DNA of 64,000 bases from Eledone cirrhosa (GCA_964016885.1 OZ024740.1:264988001-265052000); one strand, 5' to 3'; positions 26,211 through 40,103 are shown, counted from the first letter of the stretch. Program-made: numbers and translations. The notes: generated by a model not told the origin, from the letters alone.

Positions 26211-26288
26211 ATCGCCCAGACAACTTGGTGTTGTTTCGCAATGTTAATTGTGAATAGAATTACCAATTTATGCTCATCAGTGGGTGAT
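26211..26288 (-). ncRNA. Type I hammerhead (family H2) with a fully canonical core
   Basis: ATCACCCA-CTGATGA-GCA...TGC-GAAAC-AAC-accaa-GTT-GTC-TGGGCGAT; predicted cleavage between 26219 and 26218. Confidence 0.88.
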
Positions 26289-26550
26289 AAATTAGTATCC
26301 TAGACACTTCTAAGTATATTAAGAAACTGAATAGTGTGCTATATATAATAGCGCACATGGCATCCTAGCGTGTCTAACGTCTGGGTGAGTGGTAGTTACC
26401 CTTACGATTTGAACACATACATGTATATATCTGTGTTCGTTTTTTCTTTTATATTCAATTATAATAGACGGGTCGGAAATATCTCTTTCTTAGAGCTATT
26501 TTGATGTATGAGACTATGTTGAGTTCCTAACACAATATATACCTTTGATA

Positions 26551-26600
<50 letters not shown>

Positions 26601-26617
26601 TATATACAAATAGGAAT

Positions 26618-26960
26618 AATAATTGTTTCTACTGTTGGCACAAGGGCAGCAATTATCCCAGGGCATTACTGATGGTTTATTTTATCGACCCCATAAGGAT
26701 GAAAGGCAAAGTTAAACTCGGCGGGATTTGAACTCAGAAGAAAAAGAGCCATAACTCTATGCATGGTGTTTGACGCTCTATCGATGCTGCCAATCCACAA
26801 TAATAACTTCCTTATTGGCCACGAGGGTGACATATAGGGGCAATACAAAAGACGGACAGTGGGGGTTTTGCATGAATACTTGTAAACAATATAAATAATT
26901 GTTTCTACTTTTTGCCACAAGGCCAGCAATTATCCCAGTGTATTACTGGTACTTTATTTG
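26618..26960 (-). mobile_element. Family A SINE (26618-26800) plus a 3' fragment (26895-26960)
   Basis: Match to consensus. Confidence 0.8.
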
Positions 26961-27641
26961 TTAATAACAACATAACAACAAATATACAAGGAACATTCCC
27001 CAATAGGGGGGATAACCACCAAGGGTCGACTCAAGTACCACACTACGCTACTATGGCACCCAGAAAGAGCACTCATTTCCTCGTTAAATTGATCAGCCTA
27101 CAGGTCCATGCTCAGAGTAGCACATATAATGGAGTTACTTAACTGATAATATCTGTTTTCTCTCCACAATTAATGAAATATTCTGGTTATATTGAAACGT
27201 CCGTAAGTGTATAAATTAACAAAAATATTCATCTTTGGTCTTATTGAATTTTGAATTATATATATATATACTTCGTTTTTGAATTTGTTTTGAGAACGTG
27301 TGTTGAAACAGATATTGTTATACTTTGGGAGGGTCATGCCGCCATTAAAAACACACGCATCTGCTGGTTTTCACTTCAATTTATTATACATTTCGGGTTG
27401 GTTGTTTCAAAAACTGGATAGTTGTTTAAATATTGTCAAAGCTCTTTCCTCACACATTCTGCGACCTCCTCACTGTCTGTTTTATTTTTTTTATTTTGAG
27501 TCTCTCCTTTGTTCTGTCCTGCACCACACAAATAGAAGATGATGTAGCCAGGACCTCCTCGGTAGGGTGGAGAATGGTGACCTCAAAAGCGACCATTCTG
27601 ACTTTGGCTGAGACATCACCTATGATTAGTGCTGGCCTCAG

Positions 27642-27703
27642 GAAGACTCTCCTATCAGGTGCCCTCATCCTGGAGGATGAGGGCACCTGATAGGAGAGTC
27701 TTC
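27642..27703. repeat. Perfect 30-bp-arm palindrome with a 2-nt spacer
   Basis: gaagactctcctatcaggtgccctcatcct-gg-aggatgagggcacctgataggagagtcttc. Confidence 0.97.
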
Positions 27704-28970
27704 TGCACTCTTGGGCACACTTGCGCTGGGCGCAGGCCCAAAAGACAAAACAATGGCCTTGACGAAAGCTGCTATCGACAGAACGCCTCATTCAGCGCTA
27801 GAGTTTGGGAGGCGAAGGGCGAGTAGAGTGAGCAGGGCGAAATACAAGAGGTGCCCCAGTCACTGGCTCGATTAGAGTCTATGGCCCTCTAGATTGAGGC
27901 TGCGAGTGCGTCGGCCACCGGTACCCGGAACCGTCAGAGCGTAGCAATGTTGACCAGCGAGGCATGAGCATCAGACAAGCTGGCTGTCTCATCTGCTGGT
28001 GTAATAGACGGCTGCTGCAGTGCTGACGAGAGTAACAGACAGTTGCTGCATCTTCACGGTTTGAGGGCACTGGAAACTCGTCGCATCAGGCCAGCGGAAG
28101 AAAGGTGATGGAAACATCCGCACCCCGAACAGTTCCGATTGTTTGTGGTAGTGCCTCTGCTGCATGTGTCGCCTGGTGGGGTTTGAGGATGGGGCATGGA
28201 GCCGGGGCTAGAGCACTGTGCTTCAACATGGGTTTCTGGTTTTATTGACTGCAGCCAGTGAGTTTAGCTAAACGGTGGGTGGGTGGAGGTGAGAAACTGG
28301 GATCATGAAGATGTAGGCATGGTGATGATATGGCGGAGGCATCATATCTCACCTACATGAGATCCAAAGTCAACAGCAGTAAAAAACAAAACATGCACTA
28401 GAGGCATGGAGAGGGACCTAAAAATAGAGGGGGTGTTCAAGTGAAAAATCTTAGAAATCTATATGTATATATACCCTTTTACCCTCTTTTACCTGTTCCA
28501 GCCATCCGACTGAGGCCATGCTGGGGCACCGTGTGTATACACAAACACACACATACTCTCACCAACACACAGACGAACTCCCAAAGTTTGGCTATGACAC
28601 TAGAGATATATACATGATTGTTTGTGAAGATTCTCATGACCATGTGTATGTGTGCGTGCATATATATATATATAATTCAGGAAACAAAATTATTACAAAT
28701 GTACTATTTAGGCAGATTTACATGTGCGTGTAAACATATTATGGATGTATGTGGCCAGTATGAAGAGTGTAAGATGTATGTGGGACAGTACAGTGTATGA
28801 TGTATGTGTGCCAGTATGTAGTGTAAGATGGTTGTTTAGTTGTTGAGCGTTATCAAAGCTCCAACAGGTGCCTGTGCGTGTGTTTTTTATTGGCAGCATG
28901 ACTCTCCTAAAGTATAACAATACATATACATACAGTCAATACATGCATATATTGACTGTATGCCTATGTC

Positions 28971-29098
<128 letters not shown>

Positions 29099-29349
29099 CG
29101 CGCGTGTGCGTGAGCGCGTGCATGTGTATAAAATTTGTCTTCCAGAAATTAATGTTGCGTTTTGTTTGTTTTAAAGCTTTCTTGTCTGTAGTTTATGTTC
29201 TTTCCGAAAGATTATTTTTTTTCTTTTTGCGGGAACTTCAGCATTCTCCTTTTTTTTCTTTGTTAGAAATGCATATAAACTTTATTTTTTGCACAGAATT
29301 CAAACATACTTTCTATTGTCAACCTCTTTTTTTTTTCTTCAGCGCAAAA

Positions 29350-29800
29350 TCATTTTGGAAAAATCTGTAACCTTTTATTGAAAGGCCTGGTTCTTTTCTC
29401 TATCAAAACTTGATAGTTTCTATGCGATTTTTCTGTATTATCGTTTGCCTTTCCACTAAACACCATTGACATTTACTTGAATTTCCAACTGTAATTTTAT
29501 CAGGATTTGTAACATTCATCCCTTAAATTTTTATCGTTGCATTCTTATCTGTTATAGCATTTCTAAGTCTATTCATTTCTTTATATTAACTTTTACCTAT
29601 CAGGAAAAACGTAAACGTCTCTTTAATGGGTGCATTACAAAAGTCTAGTCTGATACATATGTGACAACTATTAAACATAGGTTAACGTCTAAATCCTGAA
29701 ATAAGATATTTTTCTTTCTTACTGTGAATATATACTTTTGTAAAAATATCCAGATTAGCTTACAATCCCGATACTATTTGTAATCAGTCAATATATAAGA
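29350..29800 (-). pseudogene. Possible ancient PLE endonuclease remnant
   Basis: TYVSD*T...LKRRL and SSKCQWCLVERQTII resemble YIG/KRxxxH and KCxLCLxEK motifs. Confidence 0.35.
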
Positions 29801-30103
29801 GGGTCTCAATTCTGCATTACGTCAAAAACGAAAGAATAAAAAAAAAATGAAACGGGAGTTTGACATACGAAACATGGTTTCTGAAGAGATCTCATCAATA
29901 AGACGAAATAGAATGACACGTGTTATGCCACATTCCACCTATAACAGCACCCCATATATACATATATATATATATATATATTGGCTTTTTGCTACAATGT
30001 TTTCTATACCTTTCATTTATATATATATATACAAAGAGAACGAGAGAGAGAAAGAGTTAATTTCACAAGCATTATCTGCATGTAACCTTCTGAATTTTCA
30101 CTA

Positions 30104-30176
<73 letters not shown>

Positions 30177-30276
30177 TGCGTTTCTTTGCGAGTCACAACA
30201 GCATTAGGATAGAACACATGTTTGCATTAAAACCGCAAACAATCTGTTGTATTCACGTTTATTTGTTCTTTCCTTA

Positions 30277-30351
<75 letters not shown>

Positions 30352-30389
30352 CAGTAGTAGTAATTCTATCTATGTTGATCCAAAAGAGC

Positions 30390-30920
30390 CTACATATAGT
30401 GGACAATATAAAAGAAGCAGAGACAGTGGGGGTTACAAAATAATCGAATAAAGAAATAAATACAACAATCACTATAAACAATAAAAATTACAACAATGCA
30501 AATTCCCCAATTGGGGAGAGAACCACCAAGGGGTGACTCAGGTACCCCAGCATTCCTGAACAATACAACAATTCGATAGCACCGGGGAGGGCACCTCTCT
30601 CCTCCCCAAATTAACCAGCTTACAGTCGTATCTTCTTGGTAGGCCCATACACGCGAGCCATTCTTGCTACATTCAAACCCCATTTAGCAAATGTACTGGA
30701 CAGCAGCATTTCCCTCTCCATCACACCTTCCTTTCCAAGTGAAACTTGACAAAGTTAAGCATTTGGCCGAAGAGGAAAGTTTAGCTGGGGGTTTAATATT
30801 GCTTTGGACTGGCTTCCTGTCCATGGGGGGTGGGGATGGGGGCATGTTTGTACTATCTGTCGCTTCACGCCTCGAAACCGACTTTAGACTTAGATATATG
30901 AGGTACTTTATTCAATATGT
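30390..30920 (-). mobile_element. L1/Tx1-like LINE 3' end next to a (GTA)n tract (30278-30362); related UTR pieces at 26800-27140 and 37395-37545
   Basis: NFVKFHLERKV / MEREMLLSSTFAKWGLNVARMARV (recalled similarity); ttccccaat.gggg.ga.aaccaccaaggg shared with 26996. Confidence 0.5.
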
Positions 30921-30944
30921 AAATTCGTTTCTGGGTTCACTTAA

Positions 30945-31163
30945 TGGTTTCTTATATAGGCACAAGGCCAGCAATTTGGGGGGAGGGGGCAGTCGATTAA
31001 ATCGAGGCCAGTGCGTGACTGGTACTTTATTTTAACGAACCCGTAAGGGTGAAAGGCAAAGTTAACCTCGGCAAGATTTGAACACTGATCATAAAGGGCC
31101 GTAACTCTATGCTGCAAAGAATGGTGTCCGATTATCTACCAATACTGCCAATCCACCGCCCTA
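30945..31163 (-). mobile_element. Family A SINE (long subtype); another at 32570-32775
   Basis: Match to consensus. Confidence 0.85.
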
Positions 31164-31736
31164 TAATTTACATAAGGACCATGGAAATATATTTTTTTAA
31201 TCATTATCTATAATCATTATCTGTTGTGTGTGTGTGTGCATGTTCCATGTTTATACATTTGCACAATTTCAAACCGATTCGACTCAATGTCTGTAAAAAT
31301 GTTGTAAATGGTCTAACGTGGGTCAACGACTATTTATTTCATTCAAACTCACCCACAATTATGGAAATAGTCGATAAAACTAAATACATGACGCTTTACT
31401 CCTCTAATAGAATCTGATTAACTCTCTCTACTCTTCTTAAAATTCGATAAAACTACATACATGCTTACAAACTTCCTTTAGGAACGCCGAAGAGAGAGAA
31501 GAGAGTGAGAGGGAGAGAGAGAGAGAGAACGTTTGTTTTTCAGTGTGGAACGGTCAAACATTTATTTACTTCAATGACAAAGAGAACTTATTACATTTCA
31601 TACGAAACAACAATTATTCAAAAGCAACAGATAAATGTATTCAACAACAAAAAAAATAGCGATAAATCTTTTTTAAAACCTCTCAACGAACGTGGAAGAA
31701 AGAAGTATCAGTTTATTTACTATACACAATAATATA

Positions 31737-32005
31737 CTCTATGAGGTCACTAAACCTGCTAGAAACAGCAGTTAACTCTCCCCTATCACACCACTCCCTA
31801 CTGTCTTAAATTTAGAAAACATATCCTCTATGAGGTCACTAAACCTGTTAGAAACAGCAGCTAACTCTCCCCCATATCACACCACTCCTTACTGTCTTAA
31901 ATTTAGAAAACACATATCCTCTAGGAGGTCACTAAACCTGCTAGAAACAGCAGCTAACTCTCCCCCATATCACACCCCTCCCTACTGTCTTAAATTTAGA
32001 AAACA
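31737..32005. repeat. Three tandem ~90-bp units derived from dispersed family B (ctgctagaaatagcagccaa)
   Basis: ctctatgaggtcactaaacctgctagaaacagcag...ctgtcttaaatttagaaaac x3; dispersed relatives at 38700, 39370, 40120, 41010, 45430, 45830. Confidence 0.9.
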
Positions 32006-32009
32006 CGCA

Positions 32010-32211
32010 TTAGACAACCATGCAGAACAACTCCATCGCAGCTCTGTTGTTCGGCTGGCATCGTCTACGCGCGTGTTGCGCAAGTACTGTGAAACAATAA
32101 ATTTCAACACTTCTTTGCACAGAGATAATATCCATAGGCGAAACTACTATTGTCACTGCTGGCGCAGCTCCTGCTTCGGCAGTCCAGGTCTGCAATTCAT
32201 TCACCCAGTAC
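32010..32211 (-). CDS. Candidate exon of an unknown gene
   Basis: Unique, GC-richer sequence; acceptor-like ttttttgtctgccAG at 32212-32226; open frame YWVNELQTWTAEAGAAPAVTIVVSPMD; no recognised homology. Confidence 0.2.
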
Positions 32212-33190
32212 CTGGCAGACAAAAAAGTGCTGCCATAAAATGGGTGGTGCAACCTAACTTTGGTAACCTACTGACCCCGAGCAACTCGGGCTTTAATGCT
32301 AGTAAACAATAAACAAATCTGCATATTTTATGCCTTTGTCATTTTGTCCGCCGGGAGCAACAGAAACACCGCTCTGTCCTAAGTGTAGAGTTTGTCCCTC
32401 TCTCCCTTTTTCCTCTCTACTTCTCCCTTTGTTTAATAGTCCTCGCTCTTTTGTTTCTTTTGCTCTCATTCAGGACATTTTTAGTCCTTTCCCATACTGC
32501 TTTCTTGTTCTGTATGTTTGACCAACTTATAATAATATCACCAATAAATTCCTTCCACGTAAAAATAATTTTTTTCTAATTTAGGCACAAGGCCAACAAT
32601 TTCGGGGGAGGGCAAAGTTGATTAAATCGACCCTAGTGGATTACTTGTACTTTCTGTTATCGACCGCGTAAGGATTAACGGCAAAGCTGACCACGGTGGG
32701 ATTTGAATCAGAACGTTAGAATGCCGTAACTAAATACCACAAACATTTTGGCCGGTACTCTACCGATTCTGAAAACAAATAAAAAACTAAATAACAGCAT
32801 TTAACAACTTTGAAATGTAACCAGACTAGATAAAATACGTTCAACTAACATTCCGCAGTGATCCTCCAGTTCTTTTTGGAACAGCAAATTAAATTTTTCA
32901 AATTCACTCATCAAAGCTGTCTTAAATATTAAATAAATCTGATTAGAGGCATGTGAATACATAGTATATAATTCCACTGAATAATAATTATTGCAAATAA
33001 TGGATGCTGTTTTAAAATGTAATTTTGATACATCGCCCTAATTAAGACATTTTCGCAATTACTTCTCGCTAGCCATCTTGCGGCAGTAAAACGAAACATG
33101 TTCAGTAGTTCTTCGGTCTCGTTGTTTAATTCATATATATCCATGTAAGATTCTCTTGGAAGCATTTTATCAATGGGATCAGTTGTAATT

Positions 33191-33294
33191 TCTTCTTCTT
33201 CTTCTTCTTCTTCTTCTTCTTCTTCTTCTTCTTCTTCTTCTTCTTCTTCTTCTTCTTCTTCTTCTTCTTCTTCTTCTTCTTCTTCTTCTTCTTC
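33191..33294. repeat. (TTC)n microsatellite
   Basis: Direct reading. Confidence 0.97.
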
Positions 33295-33781
33295 GGGGTA
33301 ATGGGGGCAGGGTCCTCAACAAATGTATTTTATGAGAATCCAGATTAGTTTATTTAATTTTATTAACGCACAGAGAGAATTATTAACTCCACAAAGGTTT
33401 AAAGACCCGTCTGTTGCAATAGGAAAACACCTTTTAATATTAATTTCCACAAAACAGATAAAAAAACATTACACTTCAGATGTAATTCGTATTGCTATTT
33501 TATTTCTCTCAACCAATTAGAAACTTATGGATCATATTGCTAACGAATATAGCTGAAACAGCGAACTCTAGGTGTTCAGTAGAGGAGTATGAAGACTGTA
33601 TACATCTATTTCAGACGCTTAGTTATGCATACATCTATAGCAGACCATAGTTATGAACAGAGGAATGACCTATAGGCCTTTGTAAATGAACAATTTTTTT
33701 ACACATGGTACAATATGTATCAGTCCATCTATCCTTTTGTTGTGGATCACGCCATGTTAGTGCTATAGCTAATATATAGAG

Positions 33782-34887
<1,106 letters not shown>

Positions 34888-34948
34888 GGAGGTGAGTTTT
34901 ATTGTAGTACAATAAAGCAATGCAGAACTCTTTTAACCATCTTTTGTT

Positions 34949-34985
<37 letters not shown>

Positions 34986-34988
<3 letters not shown>

Positions 34989-35240
34989 TGGCGAAGGGTA
35001 ACCTGGAAAGCAGGGCACGCAGTCCAATCGCCATGACGGAAAGTGGGGCTATGCAGCCCCCCCCCCCCCCCAATTCCCTCTAAATGACCCTCCCAGTCAA
35101 AGCCGCATGTAGTGTTATCTAGTGTGTGTGTTATATGTTTATGTCTACGATTTAGTAAACAGCCAAAATTCTGCTTGCTTCAACCGACGCAATTGATCAA
35201 CTCAAGATTCTATAACGCATGCACGGACCCTTCGCCCCTG
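34986..35240. mobile_element. hAT-type MITE (255 bp) in (TA)n
   Basis: TIR CAGTGGCGAAGGGT / ACCCTTCGCCCCTG (13/14 match); atatatat on both sides. Confidence 0.8.
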
Positions 35241-35271
<31 letters not shown>

Positions 35272-35789
35272 GATTTGCAACTTGTGTAGAAAATGTATTT
35301 GCATATTATATATTACAATTGTTTCAAAATCGATCAGCTCTGATGTGATCATGACAAACGAAATCTCCCACTTCTTCGACTTCTACTCAGATAGGTGAGT
35401 TTACATGCGTCATCCATATCTAAACTGTTGACAGATGTCCCGTGTTCCTTCTATATACACATATTACTGGGTTCTAGTAGTGGGGGTGGGGAACGGGTGT
35501 ATATAAAAGAAAACCGGTAAATTTCTATTTAAAGATGAAGATAAAAAAGTAAAAGAGTAAATTGTAAACGTCTATCTAAAATTGTTTAATCAACAGAGAT
35601 GTGGGTACAGAGATCGAGTTGAAAAAATGAGAAATAAAAAGAGTGAAAAGGAGAAGAGGTTGAAAAGAGAAACAAAAGAAGAGAGAACCAAAGTGGGGAA
35701 GAGATAGGGGAAGGGTAGAGAAATAGAGATAAAATTAAAAGATTGAATAGAACATTTGTAGAAAATAACAAATTAAACGAAAAAGAAAA

Positions 35790-36600
35790 AATTGGATTGA
35801 GAAGTAAGAATAGAATGTAAAATAGGAAAATATAAAAAACGGAAAAGATAGGGAAAGACTAGGGATCTAGTGTCACAAAAGAATGGGGAGAGGAAGGGAT
35901 GGGTGGTGGGCTCTGAGTCTTGGGCGCGGAGGTATTGGGGCTGCAGCCCGCGTTCAAGACTGCAAAGGCGGGCCGCGATGCCGGGGTTTGTGGCCGAAGT
36001 GACTAAGTTTGAGGCAGAGAACTTGTCGCCGCAGGTGGTGTCCTAGATGAGGGATCTACCTCCTTCGAATGGGAAGAGGGTGATTCCGTCGGGGGTCTAG
36101 CCATATTTGCGGTTTAGGCCTACTGGCTCCAGTTGAACGCCAACTGTGCCCAGGCTCCTTCTCAGTATGTCGTTGAAGCAGCGTTTCGGGGGAACCGGCC
36201 TGCGCTCTGAACACAAGACAGAGAGTGCAGGCCGAACTTGTCAATAACTGCCCGCGGAGGCCAAGGCGTTTGGCTACGCCGATGCGAGTGCATTCATCAT
36301 CAAGAAGGGTACCGGTTGATGAGGAGGGCACCGAATTGAGCCACGTGCCGCTGTTGGGCTGAGAAGGGGAGCGGAGGCAGGCGAGGCAGTGTTGGTCCAA
36401 GCCGAACTCGATCCCCCTGACAGAAGACCTGCAATTGATGTCGTCCCAGTTACGTTGGTCCGTAGTATACTAGGGACAGAGAGCCCTTCACCTGTCCAGT
36501 AGGCCAGAGCCTGTCCCATCTCATGGGTCAGGTCAGATTCGGCCGTTTGGCTGAGAACCTCGCTGACGGCGGAGATAGCGAAGTAGCCAAGTAAAGATAC
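35790..36600 (-). mobile_element. CRE-clade non-LTR retrotransposon remnant (CCHC + restriction-like endonuclease)
   Basis: SGTWLNSVPSSSTGTLLDDECTRIGVAKRLG; GLHSLSC..AGRF; FNDILRRSL...LEPVGL.R..G*TPDGITLFPFEGGRSLI*DTTC.D. Confidence 0.85.
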
Positions 36601-36867
36601 GTGCAAAAAAAGATGTTCATATCCCCACCACACACATATATCTGAATACAAATTTGAAACTATAGTCCTCACAATTCAGATAGCTATAATAGTTGAATAA
36701 ATCGAGTAAAATACACCTGGTGTGCTTGGAAACGAAGCACGCAGCTCCCGTATGCTGAGCGTGGTTTGTTTCCACTTTATTCCATGTCTATGCGTACTTT
36801 ACACGATTTATTCAAATATATCAACAGTTCATATTTTAAATTTCTAAATATTTCTTATGTGAAGCAA

Positions 36868-37057
36868 ATAATTGTTTCGACTTTAGGCACAAGGCCAGCA
36901 ATTACCCAGTGCATTACTGGTACTTTATTTTATCGACCCCGTAAGGATGAAAGGCAAAGTCAACCTCGGCGGGATTTGAACTCAGATCGTAAAGGGACGT
37001 AACTATGCTGGAAAGCATGGCGTCCGACTCTCTACCGATACTGCCAATCCACCGCTC
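36868..37057 (-). mobile_element. Family A SINE (short subtype)
   Basis: Full-length match. Confidence 0.9.
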
Positions 37058-37554
37058 TATTATGTGAAGCAAATAATGTTTACATATATATCATTGTCAG
37101 AAAACATCATGGTCAAGTGATAACAAGGAAATGGCAATTTGATATTTTCCTGCCTGCCTAGCTTTCTCTTTTTTTATAGTGTTGACAAGCAGGTCAGTAG
37201 TCAAATTCTGCAAACTTTAGTTATCTATTAATAATAAAACACCCATCTATCAATCTATTGTTCCATGTATCTAACCAGCCGTTTTTCGGTTTGTTTAGCT
37301 ATCTGCCTGTCTATTTTTCTATCTACCTTCGTCAGTCAAGCTCAGTTTATATATTAATCGACCTATCCAATTCTCTATCTATCTGCCTCTTTGTATTGTC
37401 CTCTTTTCTTGTTGCGCCCTTGTGGCTAATAAAGAAATCTATCTATCTGCCTCTTTGACAGATGTATCAAACCACAAATTCCAGGATATAGATAGATATC
37501 TTTCTTTATTTGCCACAAGGGCGTACAAGAAATGAGACATTACAAGACGTGACG

Positions 37555-37592
<38 letters not shown>

Positions 37593-38590
37593 GGTGGTGG
37601 TGGTGGTGGTGTGGTGGTGGTGTGAATGTTCAGTGGTTTGAAGGTAGTAGTGGTGGTAGTGGTGTTGGTCGAGTGGTTTGAAATTGGTGATGGTGGTAGA
37701 GGTGGTGGTAGTGGTGGTAGTGGTTGTGGTAGTGGTGGTAGTGATGGTGGTGGTGGTGGTGGTGGTGGTGGTGGTAGTGGTTTTAAAGTGGTTGTGGTGG
37801 TAGCTGAGTGGTTTTAAAGTGGTGGTGGTAGTAGTGGTTTGAAAATGGTGGTGGTGAAAGCGAAGGGCAAGTAGTAAGTTGTTATTGTTGTTGCAGTTGT
37901 GATGGTGGCTGAGTTGGTTATGGTGGTGGTGGTGATGGTTATGGTGGTGGTGGTGGTGGTGGTATGGTGGTGGTAATGATGCTGGTTGTGGTGGTGATTA
38001 TGATGACGGTGGTGGTGGTAGTGGTGGTGGTGGTTGTGGTGGTGGTGGTGATTGTGGTGGTGGTTGATGTCGTGATGGTGTGGTGGTTGTGGTGGTGATT
38101 GTGGTGGTGGTTGATATGTTGGTGGTGGTGGTGATGGTTATGGTGGTGGTGGTGGTGGTGGTGGTGCTGATTGTGATGGTGGTGGTTTATTGGTTTGTGA
38201 TGATGGTGGTGGTGACGGTGGTGGTGGTTGATGTGGGGGTGCTTGATGTGGTGGTGGTGGTGGTGGTATGGTGGTGGTAATGATGGTGGTTGTGGTGGTG
38301 ATTATGATGACGGTGGTGGTGGTAGTGGTGGTGGTGGTTGTGGTGGTGGTGGTGGTTGATGTCGTGATGGTGGTGGTTGTGGTGGTGATTATGGTGGTGG
38401 TTGATATGTTGGTGGTGGTGGTGGTGATGGTTATGGTGATGGTGATGGTGGTGGTGGTGGTGGTGGTGGTGATTGTGGTGGTGGTTTATTGGTTTGTGAT
38501 GATGGTGGTGGTGACGGTGGTGGTGGTTGATGTGGGGGTGCTTGATGTGGTGGTGGTGATGGTTCTGGTGGTGGTGGTGGTGGCGTTGGT
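37555..38590. repeat. (GTG)n-based array with a ~300-bp internal duplication
   Basis: ggtttattggtttgtgatgatg...gatgtgggggtgcttgatgtgg at ~38184 and ~38483. Confidence 0.85.
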
Positions 38591-39019
38591 AATGATTTTG
38601 CAGGAGGAAACAGATTTTTGTGGTTACTAGAATAGTAACCACGGTAGGTACACTGCCGAACATAATAAATGTTTGCTATTGAAGTGAAACACTTCTATAT
38701 GACTACATGATGTGCTAGAAATAGCAACCAATTCTCCTCCAAATCCTATGCAGCCGTCTTAGAAACAGTGAAATCAGATGTGCTTCTGGATTATTTACAC
38801 GTACGAAAAAAGAAGACAGGATGTTCATGTTTGGAATACCTTTGATCAAAAGTGTGCACAGTCAGAGCAGGCCTGGGGTTAATTAACAATTGGCGTAGAT
38901 AGAGTGGTGGAAGTGTAGTCGGTGTGTTACTCGTGTTGGTGGTGACACTTCCGATGAGGGTAATGGTGGTGCAGGTGGAGGTGGTGCTTACAGTAAATAG
39001 TGTTAGAAACAGCAAATTA

Positions 39020-40103
39020 ATTTTTTCTACTTTTTGGCACAAGGCCAGCAATTACCCAGTACATTACTGCTACTTTATTTTATCGACCCCGTAAGGATGA
39101 AAGGCAAAGTTAACCTTGGCGGAATTTGAACTCAGATCGTAAAGGGACGTAACTATGCTGTAAGCATGCAAAATTAATGGCGGTGCCCCAACATTGCCTA
39201 GGCTGAAACAGATGAAAGAATAAAAAAACAATATTAGTTGTAGAAGTTGTTGTTTGACACCAAGTCATCTGTAATATATCGATCAAAGGCAACATTTTGA
39301 GGATATAAGGTATCAATATCCATTTTATCCGCTTCTTTCCCAAGTCGACACGTCATGAATTGACTGGTATTTGGCTGCTATTTCTAGCATTTTGAGTTAC
39401 TATGTAGAAGCTCGTCCCTCCTTTAAAGATACCGCTGACGGTTGATTTGTCTTATTGTAACAATGCAAGTAGTCGTTATTGTCTTGCCCTAGGTATGATA
39501 TGGTCCCGTAACTCCTGATAGAGTCGTCGGGGCGCCGTATTGACTGTCTACGGCGTTCCTTGAGTATTTCAAGCCTGGCGGAGCCCATCGCTCTCCAGGT
39601 CTGACTGAGTACAGCACATTTCTACCAGAGAAATATAGAAAGTGAGAGAGAGAGAGAAAATGAGAAAGAGATATAGAGGAAGAATCGACACCAGTACTAG
39701 GCTGGTACTTTTTTTATCGACCTCGAAAGTATGAAAAGCAAAGTTGACCGCAGTGGGATTTGAACTCATAGAGGAGAGAGCCGGGACGAATACTATAAAG
39801 CATTCTATCCGACGTTCTAGCGACTCTGCCAATTGGCCGCCTAGATCATTGCTAATCAATCAAATATATGATTAAAAGATTTCCAGCCGTAACAAACCTG
39901 TCTTACTACTTCTATATTATATAATTGTTTCTACTTTTGGCACAAGGCCAGCAATTATCTCAGTACATTACTGGTACTTTATTTTATCGACCCAGTAAGG
40001 ATGAAAGGCAAAGTTAACCTTGGCGGGATTTGAACTCAGATCGTAAAGGGACGTAACTATGCTGGAAAGCATGTCCGACCCTCTACCGATACTACCAATC
40101 CAC
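39020..40103 (-). mobile_element. Three family A SINE copies (39020-39170, 39680-39842, 39922-40103)
   Basis: Match to consensus. Confidence 0.82.
39400..39621 (-). CDS. Candidate exon of an unknown gene
   Basis: Long polypyrimidine tract plus TAG acceptor (39622-39660); phase-0 open frame KCAVLSQTWRAMGSARLEILKERRRQSIRRPDDSIRSYGTISY...; CpG-rich unique sequence; no recognised homology. Confidence 0.3.
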   Translation of the reverse strand, partial: KCAVLSQTWRAMGSARLEILKERRRQSIRRPDDSIRSYGTISYLGQDNNDYLHCYNKTNQPSAVSLKEGRAST

